Assembly (NCBI GenBank): GCA_049724395.1
Contig: JAUGWO010000112.1
Coordinates: 186,001 to 250,000 of the forward strand
Source: Spongospora subterranea f. sp. subterranea
Lineage: Eukaryota
Length of the DNA stretch: 64,000 nucleotides
Direction of reading: 5' to 3'
In this document: piece after piece, positions 27,847 to 39,489 of the stretch
Layout: each line of letters starts with the position of its first letter
Position numbering within the stretch: position 1 is the stretch's first letter
Position numbers and translations under genes: made by a program
The notes under the pieces: generated by a model
The model's database searches: none
What the model was told of the DNA's origin: nothing
What the model saw: only the letters and a program-made list of their open reading frames with translations

Positions 27847-29446
27847 TTATTTTAACGCTGCCACAATCTCAGAATGATCCGGAACTTGGAAAGCGACGTC
27901 TCCGCGAACAGCCAAGGTAGGGTTTTGTTTCAGCATAACCATCTTCGCAACTCGGCTGATATCTTTGGCACAAATAGAATCAATTTTTGCCGCCAGTGCA
28001 TCGGGTTCAATCCGTTTGCCATAATTCAACATTTGCTGTCCAAGGTCGTCGAACAAAATTTGACGGGATTCCAAGTTCATGTAGAGCGATGATTTCAACT
28101 GATTTTTCGCGCGGTTGACTTCTTGATCAGTAATATTCAACGGCATCGCTCTCGCCTCACGGACAAGAATGTTGGTCAAGCTTCCAGCGTCTTCTGGGGC
28201 AGCAATACCGTGGAATGAAATCAACGAGGTCTCATCATGCAAAGCAATCGAACACTGAGCTTGATGAACAAACGAATTACCGATGAGCACGCGTAAATAC
28301 AATCGCGAGTACATTCCCTGAGGATGAGGTAAACCCGCTGAAATAGTAATAGCGATAACCCGAATACCTTTCCAGGACCGCCAGCTGAGAATGATCCTCC
28401 TCCTCCCATAAGCATGGCCAAGGCGCAAGCAGCATAGACATCATCAGTGTGCCAACCGCCGCATGCGAATCCGAGGCTAACATGAGCAAAGCCATCCGGC
28501 GACGGCTTATTGCATCGGTACTGTGCTCCAACATATGGGGAGCCGCCATCAGAGGCAGCAGGCCCCTTCGCCTTTAATTTACCAAAATTTCTTTCTGCTG
28601 ATTTCAAGAAATCTTGATGGTTCACACCGGCGCCAACAACAACAATCCGTTCTGGCTGGAAAACAGAATTGTGATAGGCTTGGAGTTCAACAGGAGAGTT
28701 CAGCAAATTGACGTCAGCTCCAGATGAAGCATGCAATGGTAATCCCAGGCCTCTCCCACCGAAAGCGGCATTGTTCAAAGAATCCTCAATCTGCAACGTA
28801 CTATTCTGAGAAACAACATCTTCAACCAGGTGTCGATACGCCTCGACTCTATTGGACACTTCGCCGGCATCAAATAATCCATTACTAATTACGTCACCCA
28901 TAATCTGCATGACTGCATCGGCATCGTTTGGAAGTACATCTGCCCTGTAAACTATATGGTCGCGGTTAGCTTCTGCGGAAAACTGCCCACCAAGCTCCTC
29001 AATGGCCCGAGACGCTGCAATTTCTGTTCGAGTCGAGCTTGTCTGTAGGGCTAGGTTCGCCAAAATATGTGGCATTCCAGGTTTGGGGGAGTACCGTGAT
29101 CCACCAGCCGTGAATACACCAATACTCGCACCCAGGGAGAACGGATGACGTAGAAATAACACGGACGCCATTTGGCAATGTGGATACTTCTGCTGGAGAC
29201 GTTATCGGAGCTTCAACCGGCTTGCTCTTGTCAAGTGAAAATTTCAAAGGCAAAGGTTCGTCTAGAGGAATCTGCTTGGATCGACTTCGCCCTAAAAGAC
29301 AAATTGCGTCTCAGAATATGGGGTGTTGAGTCTGAAACATTACCTAAAATCATATCAAATATGGAGCGAGCTTGGGGTGACATGCCGCTGAGCGGATGCC
29401 GTCCTTGTCCAAGTATTGCCCTGCCATGAAGGCCTCGACGTAGCAT
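27847..29446 (-). CDS. PMPCA: Mitochondrial-processing peptidase alpha subunit; +1 frameshift near 29132
   Basis: Transit-like MLRRGLHGR; STLPNGVRVIS; LMGGGGSFSAGGPGK|GMYSRLY; RAKNQLKSSLYMNLESR. Confidence 0.93.
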
Positions 29447-29765
29447 CGGTGAAGATTGTAGGCAAATTGTCGGCGTCGGACAGAGTATGAACGACCCCGA
29501 CCGACCGAATTTTGGACTGTACAAACCGTATGTACACTAGGTTGTACAGATAGCCAATCCCTCTCCAAGTGGCCACACGTGTATGTCCACCTGTACCTAT
29601 ATATACACTGCGTCTGCGCCAACCAGAGCCCCGACACAAGTCCGGCCTCTCGGACCATCTCCTGGTTTTTGCAGTATCGATTGAAGGGCAATGATGTCGA
29701 GTTCACTAACTGAGAAGTATTGTTGCCCTTTGAATGTGGAAATCGATTCAATATTGTTTTATGGA

Positions 29766-31894
29766 CTATGTATCGGCGAGAATCTGGTCGATTTCTGCGT
29801 CCAAATCTAGACCTCTGTCGCTTTCATTGGCGCTGATATCGTTGTTTTCTTGACGTAGTTCATTATGTAGTTCGGCCAGCAGTCGATCGGTATCGCTTTC
29901 TATATCGGCTGCCTCAGCCTCAGCTTGCAGGCTTGAAATCAGCTCATCCATGTCATCTCCGTTCAAGTTCTGATACACTATTGTTTAACATCAAATCAAC
30001 GCTGAACTGCCTATTTCGCCATACCGTTTCTTTCTCGTCCACCGGATATTCTCCAAACAGGGTGAAATGTTTCCGAATCGCATGAGAATCTGGAGTCGAC
30101 ACCTAGCGAACTAATCGTGAGGGTTTGGCTTGTGGTTGAGGTGTTGGGGCTACAAACCAAACGCTGTGCGATCTCCTTGAAAAAACTGTCGCCGTTGACA
30201 GGTTGTAGAGTCTTGGCGGGAGAGAACATCAGGTCGATGTGAAAATCGTCGGCAATCCGTGGGTCGGACCAGGCCCCATCCATTTCGGCTTTGGTCACAC
30301 GAAGAGTCATATCCTTAACGAATCCCGTATGGAACACCTAATTGGCGCTCATTCCTACATTCCCGCCGATTCTATTGTAGAAAACATACAAATCTGACTA
30401 TAGATATACGACTTTTGTCCAAAGAAAGATGCCGGATTCGAATGAGGATATCTCCCTCAATATCAGTTTCCATATTAAACACAGCCGAATCCGATGACTT
30501 GTAACTTCTTAATCCCGCTTCAGATTTAAGGGTCGACTTCAACATTTTTCCATCCTTGAATAATTGAATGTACCTGTTGAATCCAAAGTCAGCGTACGTT
30601 ACAGGCTCCATAGCAATTTACGGGCAACAAGTTCCATCGGAATCGATACCAGGCATATTATTAATGATAATACGGTCCAGGTGCAACGGCGCTGAAGAGG
30701 GATAGTCCCCGTTTGTGACGCTACTGAAATATTGCAAGTACCTGTAGATTAGTCAGCGAAACGGAACAAATTACGATGAGAAATTGGGACCTGGACTGGG
30801 AGGGCATGATGAGATGATGACGCGGAATAGAACTGATCGACACAATATGGTCAATGGCAGAATCAGGGGACCTAAATGTCCCAATCCACGATAAATAACA
30901 AGCGATAGCTGTACAGGTCCGCCCTCTACAGAATCAGTCATGATTACAAAACTGCAGAATGTCCGAATTTACCTGCCAGTTTGGCAGTGAATGACGGCGA
31001 TGTTGCTGGGATCCCCACTTAACCATCCGTCAATGGACTTGCAAATAGCGAACATCTTATCAAGAGGCGGAGCAGGATATCTAAACAATGTCAGGGCTGT
31101 GGAATGCGAAGCGGACAGAATATGTACCCGGGGAATCGGAATTCAATGACCTGGTCATCAAACGACGAATAATCGTATCGCTTGTCTGAGAGATTCCATA
31201 TCATGAACTTCGCTGGGAATGTGGAGCGCAGATAGCTGGATATGAATGGCAATGAAACGCTCCCTGATACTGAGGGAGATGGTTCGTCCATTGGAAATCC
31301 CATAGCTAGATTATGGCAAGCATGACCAATATCAGACATTAAAGATTTAATCTAAGGCCATGCTACTCATGCAACGACAATGCAGGAAACACGAATTCAA
31401 ACGCAACCGGTAATGGAAAGCGTAATTGTACTGATGTGATTACAACATGAAAAAACTCGATTAATCGCACGTCAACATCTACCGTCGCATAGAAAAATAC
31501 ACAAAATCAGTGAAGTCGAAAACGTGATTATGACATTTCTTTCAACACTAATTGAAGAAGGATGAGATGCTCCATCGGGAAATATGTAATCAAAGGTACA
31601 ATTGAAAGCGTTTGTGGGTTATGGTGTTTGATACATCTGACCGTATATATTATCGGTGACTTTCAAAAGCTGTTGCTCGATCCCTTCCTGCATATCGCCA
31701 GCCACGTTCAATAGCGCCACATTTTTGATGAAGGTGACAGCCGATGTGATGCCCTCCTTGTTGAGGCGCAGGGCTTGCGTCCAAGATGAGATGCGATCCA
31801 TTGGCCGGCCGGCCCACTTGGCGTAATCCGTCTCAGGCCGTGACTCGTCACCAATACCGTCACTTTGACATTCTCCCAATCGTCCAATGTCCAT
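29766..31894 (-). CDS. PTEN/tensin-type phosphatase with C2 domain and acidic tail, multi-exon
   Basis: AMGFP...FMIWNLSDKRYDYSSFDDQVIEFRFPG|YPAPPLD...WLSGDPSNIAVIHCQTG|RGRT (HCxxGxGR)...PSQ.RYLQYF...IEGDILIRIRH...FHTGFV...DDFHIDLMF. Confidence 0.85.
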
Positions 31895-32167
31895 GACCAG
31901 GTTCAAAAAGCTGGAAACTAATAACATTTTAACAAAGATGGCAAACTCGGCCAGTACGCTAAATTTCTGCACAAATTTGACACCGAACGATGAATCTAAG
32001 TAAATTTGGTCAAAACGGGAAATCGTTATCAGAGATTAGCAGATAGAGCGTTTGATGCTTTTGTCAGAATGAATGAAAATTAGATATCGAAATGAGCCTA
32101 ACAGAAAACAAGCAGTTGAGGGACATTTTATTTGAGTCAACCTTGGCGAAACTCCTCAATGATTATA

Positions 32168-32687
32168 TCAATCTCTACCCAAGATCTGCTTTACTCGCCT
32201 CATGACTGAATCTTTATTCTCATCGTATGGTACATCTTTCGCTGGCATCTCTAGAATAGATGGGATCGGTTTATCATGGCTATTGATCATTGGTCGGACC
32301 CGTTCCGCAATCTGAAATGACATGTCAACGATGGCAGATAAATGAGGCAATCATCACTCGAACGTGTTGGCTAATCAGTATCATGGCTATATCTTTTCGT
32401 TCAAGAAATGATGTGAAGGTCTCTTCAATAGTTGACTGATTTGTTTCTGCACGACGGTTTAGATTTGAACTAACAGTGATGTGCGAGAGATTGACTGACT
32501 ATCGGTGACGATCAGGAAATTGGCTACTCCATTTGTTTTATCACCAATACCTGTTAGCAGGAATCCAGTGACCGTGTCCTATGATGACGGTCAAGCACGA
32601 GAGGAAACTGAATGTCAAGCGGACCTCATCTCCGATCACAGCGACGAGCGATCCTGCTGCTGGCGTCTGATAAATTGCCGCGCACAT
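32168..32687 (-). CDS. ATP6V1F: V-type proton ATPase subunit F, multi-exon
   Basis: LVAVIGDE|DTVTGFLLTGIG...IEETFTSFLERKDIAMILISQH|IAERVRPMINSHDKPIPSILEMPAKDVPYDENKDSVMRR. Confidence 0.95.
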
Positions 32688-33045
32688 CAATACGATATAT
32701 GGCCATTACGGGAAAGAAACTTAAGTCTTATTCGAGACAGAAGTATTAGCGTTGGTGAATGGAATCGATATTTGATTACAACCAGTGTTCCATGCGAATG
32801 TGTTATCAATACGACCGTCTCATTGCAACGCTAGCGCCATGTGTGTGCCAACCCAACTGCTGGTAATATCATCATAACGATACTACGGGCTGCCCCAACG
32901 CTGATCTCACTGTACCATTGTATACACCTGTCGTTTCACTGCAGCGTTTGGCCTACAGCGTTAGGTTTACAATTGTTGACAATCCATATTGTAAGTCAAT
33001 CGTGGCAGTAATCACGTTAAATCTATTGTCGAAGATCGCATGAGT

Positions 33046-33530
33046 TTATACTAGAAATGACGCATCTTGGTTTGATAGTCTTTCAACCAGGTTGACGCAT
33101 TGGTTGGCAATGTACAGATTGTTATCTGCAGAGATGAGATTTAACGCCTGACTGAAAACAATATCGGCTGTTTCCTTAACCTTACTGGTTCTGGTGAACT
33201 TGTTTGCACTTGGACAGAGTCTAGGCGCCATTAGTCAAGCCAAACGTCAATCCATGGGATGAAACCGCTCAATTCATGATACAACAACTCTACGCAAGCA
33301 CTGACTGTTTACCGCAATTCGTCCCGGCAAATGAGAAAATGGCGCGTTGCGGTGAACAGTGCTGGTTTGAGTTGTTGATCATAGCACTGAGCCGTTTCAT
33401 CATATCGTCATCATTCAGGGGGCCCATAACCATCACGTATGACGCCAGCAGCAATGTGCCCATGCGTCGCTGAAGGATTGCCAATGTACCCAGCTTGAGC
33501 CTGAGTCCGAATAGGAAACGACTTAACGCA
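33046..33530 (-). CDS. Small hypothetical protein
   Basis: Short minus-strand ORFs separated by GT-AG intron-like gaps; no family recognised. Confidence 0.25.
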
Positions 33531-33759
33531 TGAGCGAACACGAATAGGCTGTGATCTGACTGTCGAACGTGTCTACAATTTGAGTGAGAATAGCCGCCAA
33601 TATGGGTCGCCGTGTTGGTTCCCGATATCGTCGGTTAAATGTCCCCCATTTTTCACAAAAAAACAGTCTGGGTGTCGGATAGAAATGATTTGCAAATCCG
33701 ATGTTTGTCCGTCAATCAGACTGTATTTAGTGACGATTATAGACTTTTATACAAACATA

Positions 33760-35214
33760 TTACAGTTCAGAACGAATTGCTTGAAAGAGCGTAGCTTCTC
33801 TGTCCATCGATACTTCCCAGCAGAAAATGCCTGTAGAAACTGTTCAACAGAATGGTCATGGTAGATCAGCTCGTACATGCACCTGCTAAGCCTTCATCTC
33901 TTACAAATCGCGCCTTGGCGGCCACCGAATGTTCATCCTCAGCAGACACCCATAATTTTGTGCATGGATTCCATAAAACAGGAGTAGAGGCAACGGGATC
34001 AAAATGTTTTATGAAACCCTTCGAATTTGAGCAACTTTCAATAATTTCATCATAATTGACAATTCCATCGCCATGAAAAGATCTTCCGATCTCATGACCT
34101 TCCACTTGTTGAAATGACCTTCCATAAAACGGAATTCCGATGCATATTTTGTCGCGACTGAGTCCCCGTTGTGTATACCCTGAACGAACGTTGGGTTCAG
34201 ACAATCCACAGAAATGCTGATGAACCTTTTACTGCATTTGAGATTAATGGACGCAATGGCGCATGGTGATCTGTCGTTGCTGACCATGGCCCCGAGGCAT
34301 CCTAGATAGCACTCAGTTATAAGAAAAAATCCTCAAAACATTCTACATAGGTCATAACATTAACCCAATCGCAATACTTGTCCAGCTTTGTGAGCTCGAG
34401 ATGCCGGTAGCTCCATTCTCCGGCGGAAGTAGCGACCGTAAGAAGATATGGTGATTGTCGACCGTGACGCTTCTGAGCTTCCGTTAACCCCCTTCGTAGG
34501 CACTTCAGAAGCTTTGAGAAATTGCGACCGTCGTCGCTACAACGACTGTTTGAATTTGACCCTCCTTCAACAGGAAACTCCCAACTGGGAATTTTGCTAA
34601 GAAAAAACCTGTCGATTGGCAAATCCTTTACTCAATATCTACCCCATCGAAACGGTTTGACGTAATAAAGTCAACCACGCTCTCTGTGAACACCTTACGC
34701 GACTGCTTGGAGCGAGAAATTATAGAGAATTCTAACGGATAACGATGAAATTTGGCAAATCCAGATTATACATTCAAGTGCCTTTTGAAAATGTCCACCC
34801 TCCAACGCTGATACTGGTCCTTAGATACAGATTTCTTTGTCTCAAAGGGCTTTGCTCGTGATTCAATAGGCCGATATTTCCATGAAACACCTGTACGCTT
34901 CCGTCAGACATCGTGACAGGCATTTCTTTCTCTACGTCGGCCCAAGCGTCTCCAAATGCTAAGAAGGTCAGATTAACGGCTAATGTAAGTTCGCCACGAC
35001 CTACTTATTTTGCCATTTACAACGTTGGCAAAGGCCTGACAACAAGAGTCCGATCACCAATTGCATCGATGCACAGCATCAGAGCACCTACGTAATTGAT
35101 ATGTGTGATCATCTCCAATGGTATACAATGTGGAGTGTAGAATTTCGGCTCATAACCGCACCAGGAAGTGTAGTAAGCCAGAATGACGGGGCTTCGACCC
35201 CCTCCAGTCGGCAT
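33760..35214 (-). CDS. Glycoside hydrolase family 18 chitinase, multi-exon
   Basis: ILAYYTSW...ITHINY|AF; SISVGGWTFS; FDGVDID|WEFP (DxDxE); WVNVMTY; KICIGIPFYGRSF; GIFCWEVSMD. Confidence 0.93.
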
Positions 35215-35379
35215 CGCCCAAGTCTTCCCAAAACAAAACTTCTGCATTTCGATATTTGTTTGTGACTACCAGAATCTCCGTCTCCAATTCTGCAGTTTCG
35301 CTTAGACAATATTCAGCAATTGAATATCCTTTTGAACAAATTGTTTTTCTAACTAGATGAGAAAAACCAGATTAATAAC

Positions 35380-36563
35380 GGGGGGAGACTGTCGAAACAT
35401 AAACAAGAGGGTCGTGCTAATGTGGTGAGGGAACGTATAATAGGGCAGTACAGTCGTCTTATTGTCAATACCACTCAGATCAAGAACACAGTGATTCATT
35501 ATTAGGTCGTGCTAATGTGGTGAGGGAACGTATAATAGGGCAGTACAGTCGTCTTATTGTCAATACCACTCAGATCAAGAACACAGTGATTCATTATTAG
35601 GTCGTGCTAATGTGGTGAGGGAACGTATAATAGGGCAGTACAGTCGTTATTGTCAATACCACTCAGATCAAGAACACAGTGATTCATTATTAGGTCGTGC
35701 TAATGTGGTGAGGGAACGTATAATAGGGCAGTACAGTCGTCTCATTGTCAATACCACTCAGATCAAGAACAGAGTGATTCATTATTAGGTCGTGCTAATG
35801 TGGTGAGGGAACGTATAATAGGGCAGTACAGTCGTCTTATTGTCAATACCACTCAGATCAAGAACAGAGTGATTCATTATTAGGTCGTGCTAATGTGGTG
35901 AGGGAACGTATAATAGGGCAGTACAGTCGTCTCATTGTCAATACCACTCAGATCAAGAACACAGTGATTCATTATTAGGTCGTGCTAATGTGGTGAGGGA
36001 ACGTATAATAGGGCAGTACAGTCGTCTTATTGTCAATACCACTCAGATCAAGAACAGAGTGATTCATTATTAGGTCGTGCTAATGTGGTGAGGGAACGTA
36101 TAATAGGGCAGTACAGTCGTCTCATTGTCATAATACCACTCAGATCAAGAACAGAGTGATTCATTATTAGGTCGTGCTAATGTGGTGAGGGAACGTATAA
36201 TAGGGCAGTACAGTCGTCTTATTGTCAATACCACTCAGATCAAGAACACAGTGATTCATTATTAGGTCGTGCTAATGTGGTGAGGGAACGTATAATAGGG
36301 CAGTACAGTCGTCTCATTGTCAATACCACTCAGATCAAGAACACAGTGATTCATTATTAGGTCGTGCTAATGTGGTGAGGGAACGTATAATAGGGCAGTA
36401 CAGTCGTCTCATTGTCAATACCACTCAGATCAAGAACAGAGTGATTCATTATTAGGTCGTGCTAATGTGGTGAGGGAACGTATAATAGGGCAGTACAGTC
36501 GTCTCATTGTCAATACCACTCAGATCAAGAACACAGTGATTCATTATTTATTTCGATTGAACA
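35380..36563 (+). mobile_element. Possible LTR remnant: polypurine tract plus TGT...ACA-bounded segment enclosing the 95-bp array
   Basis: GGGGGGAGAC at 35380-35389 directly followed by TGTCGAA; segment ends TTGAACA at 36563. Confidence 0.4.
35411..36546. repeat. Tandem array of a 95-bp unit, about 12 copies
   Basis: Unit GTCGTGCTAATGTGGTGAGGGAACGTATAATAGGGCAGTACAGTCGTCT(T/C)ATTGTCAATACCACTCAGATCAAGAACA(C/G)AGTGATTCATTATTAG at 35411, 35506 ... 36456. Confidence 0.98.
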
Positions 36564-36791
36564 GGGTTGAGAAGATAGGGATTACAATTGTGGTGCTGCT
36601 ACAAGAATTGAATGGCGCGATCTCACATCATCAACTGCACCGGTACGACGGGGCTGTGATTGGTGAACGAGCACACCGGGTCACAGAATACCATACACGC
36701 ACAGAATACCATTCCACTGTACACGTCGTGCTGCCGATTGATACCGACGGCTGGATAACGGTTCGGAAAGGATTCAGACCTCGACTCAAAC

Positions 36792-38039
36792 ATGGAGAAT
36801 CGCCCAACTTTAACACGGCGATGTGCCGGGTTTAAAAACCTCAGTCATTGGATGGACAGGGTGATGGATTGGAATGGTTCAGGAGACTTGGCAGACATCA
36901 CCAATAGACCACATGTCAAGTCTTATCATGTACAATCAAAATCCACCATATTTTACGAGAGCGGCAGTCCCAAATGGAATTCTGAATCTAAAGAGCAATT
37001 CAAACCGTACGATGTTAAGCAGGTTGCCGATGAGAACCATAATATTCTTCGTATGCATCAACAGTTGTTGGACGCTAAAATCTCGCGGTCTTTCCAACAC
37101 GAACTTCAAATTAATCCTCAGGCAGACAATTTACCGATTTCAATTGATGATTCCTCAGAAAATTCTAACGGAAATATCCCGGCTCATGAACACCATAGCT
37201 GCGGCGAACACGATATCGCAGATATGGTTCAAACAGAGTCGAATGCCGATACTGATGCCAAATACCCCCTTCCAAAAAGCAAATCAAAGGAAAAACTGGA
37301 AAAGAAGAAGCTGATTGGGGTACCGAAGCACAAATTGTCTCATGGACAGAAGGAAAAGAAGAATGCCCAAACGGTTAAATCAGAACATGATAAGTCAACC
37401 ACGACAACTCCTGATATGGCAAATGATACACAGCAGCATGACTCCATTGGCAATGTTGGCAATGAGACGCAGTCATTTCTGAAACAGTTTTCAAAACCGC
37501 TTCGTAAGCCGCGTACATTGTCGGAAGATGAAACTGCTGCCAAGGTAAAGCGACGACATGATGCTCAGCGAGCCATTAAAGCCAAATGGGACGCATCCCG
37601 ATTGGCGACAGTTAATCGGTCAGCTGCTACGACCAGGGCTCTGCCTGACACGACTGTGGCTTTCTTGCTAGGGAGGAGGCCTTTCGCCTCGTTTGGCGAG
37701 AATTGCGACGGACGGGTTCAAAACAAATCGTATATCACATTTAATGTAAATCCGGAGTTGTATCCGAATCAGCCGACGCAGGTTCAGACAGCGGATTCCG
37801 CAATCGAAAGGGTGATCCTGGAAAGAGGACCACAATCGATCGGCTGTAAGGAACGAATTGAAATGCTGCAAAACAAAAGTGTTCAAGCGAAGTTTGAACG
37901 AAGACAGATAACCTTGTCACGGTTAAGTCATAATACTGTGCCGACGACCAAGATAATGCGAAGTGCACCTGGACGAGAAAAGCAAAAGATACTGGCTAAG
38001 AAACGGGACCAGGACAATGGTTTTTTTGTTAGCCTATAA
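36792..38039 (+). CDS. Hypothetical intronless 415-aa hydrophilic, Lys-rich protein
   Basis: Long ATG-initiated open frame; no family recognised. Confidence 0.65.
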   Translation: MENRPTLTRRCAGFKNLSHWMDRVMDWNGSGDLADITNRPHVKSYHVQSKSTIFYESGSPKWNSESKEQFKPYDVKQVADENHNILRMHQQLLDAKISRSFQHELQINPQADNLPISIDDSSENSNGNIPAHEHHSCGEHDIADMVQTESNADTDAKYPLPKSKSKEKLEKKKLIGVPKHKLSHGQKEKKNAQTVKSEHDKSTTTTPDMANDTQQHDSIGNVGNETQSFLKQFSKPLRKPRTLSEDETAAKVKRRHDAQRAIKAKWDASRLATVNRSAATTRALPDTTVAFLLGRRPFASFGENCDGRVQNKSYITFNVNPELYPNQPTQVQTADSAIERVILERGPQSIGCKERIEMLQNKSVQAKFERRQITLSRLSHNTVPTTKIMRSAPGREKQKILAKKRDQDNGFFVSL

Positions 38040-38102
38040 GTATCTAAGGACGTTTATCCAATCACAATAATACATTTGGATATCTACAATAGATGCAGTT
38101 TA

Positions 38103-39284
38103 CTATTTAATCTGTTCAGGTTGAGAGCCGACCTCGCGACGGAACCATTCATCGTCATCTGTACCACTGGAATGGTATTCTTCGTCAGCAGCATCACCTG
38201 CAGGAGCACTTTCCGCCCCTTCTTTTTGTCCCCGCCGGCGTTTCTTGCTTTCCATGGTCTTGGCCGTTTTCCTCTTGACGTTCTCCTCCTGTATCGCACG
38301 TCGAGTCGCCTTGCTAGCCTGTTTTTCGGCATAAGCCCTGCGCATCTCGGCAATCTCCTCTGGCGTCTTGTTCACGAAGCGATTGTAGATGACGGGACCA
38401 TCACACACACCTTCCTCGATTTTCAACAACTGCAGACACATTCGGGGGCCGATTTCTTGCAGACGAATGGCGCTCTGATGCGATTGGCGATTACCGCGGC
38501 CGACATAATCCTGAGGCAGTACGACTCGGGAGTCTTCTCCATCTTCATATTCGCTCTCACTGACATTTCCTTTCAGGACATAGTCACTAATATCGGCAAA
38601 TTTATGCAGGTCGGGGATCTTGGCACGGATCACCTTCTTTACAGTTTTGGTGAGACCGGCAGGAGATGCATTCACCATATAATGGCGGAAATGGATGCAG
38701 TCCCGTTCAATATCATATGAAAATAGGACAACACGGCGGCAATCGTTTAATTTCACCTTTTGCACGTTGACAGTAGGGAACATGTTCTGGAACATGGCGG
38801 CAACGATAGGTAAGACGTGATCACCGCCAGTATATTCTTTGCATGTGAAATTGTTCAACACGACTAGAGGAGAATGCATAAGGTGATGCTGCATAGCGAC
38901 CATAGGATGGCGCGACATTCGAGCTACATCGGCGGCCAAAGTATATTGTGTGACACGCATTGTCAGCGTTGGGCCACGAGGGACGCGAATAAACCGAGCG
39001 TTCACACCAAGATCCGTTTGTGAGAACGCCATCAAATGGGTAACGCCCAATGGACCGGTAACGGCAAGAAGATCACGAAGCTTGGTCTTGGACCGCTCCT
39101 GAAGTCGTCGAGCGGTATATGGTTCCATAACGACTCGCATATTGGCGATTAGGTCGACCACAGGTTGGGCAACGGATTTTCCACGGCGAAGGATCAAAGA
39201 CCGAGGGGCGGCCGCTTCTTCTGCTGATTCATCACGAACGTGGGTACGCCTCTTCTTACGCTTAGCACCGTGCCCCCGAGCCAT
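38103..39284 (-). CDS. PPAN: Peter Pan / Ssf1 Brix-domain ribosome biogenesis protein
   Basis: KKRRTH; MRVVMEPYTARRLQER; GPLGVTHLM; PRGPTLTMRV; FQNMFPTVNV; IHFRHY; IRLQEIGPRMCLQLLKIEEGVCDG. Confidence 0.95.
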   Translation of the reverse strand: MARGHGAKRKKRRTHVRDESAEEAAAPRSLILRRGKSVAQPVVDLIANMRVVMEPYTARRLQERSKTKLRDLLAVTGPLGVTHLMAFSQTDLGVNARFIRVPRGPTLTMRVTQYTLAADVARMSRHPMVAMQHHLMHSPLVVLNNFTCKEYTGGDHVLPIVAAMFQNMFPTVNVQKVKLNDCRRVVLFSYDIERDCIHFRHYMVNASPAGLTKTVKKVIRAKIPDLHKFADISDYVLKGNVSESEYEDGEDSRVVLPQDYVGRGNRQSHQSAIRLQEIGPRMCLQLLKIEEGVCDGPVIYNRFVNKTPEEIAEMRRAYAEKQASKATRRAIQEENVKRKTAKTMESKKRRRGQKEGAESAPAGDAADEEYHSSGTDDDEWFRREVGSQPEQIK

Positions 39285-39489
39285 AATTCGAAATTTCAGA
39301 TTGCGCCAGAGCTGCACAATGCATGCGAGCGAGCCTTTACACTCAGGAATTCCGTGGCGGACACCGTGGCGGTACTTCATCCAGGATACACAGTAGAAAT
39401 TTTTCATGGGTAAACATGAATATTTGATGATATTCTAGATTATTCTCGGTATTCCCGAAATACGCAACTAAATTCCACTTTATTGGCAC

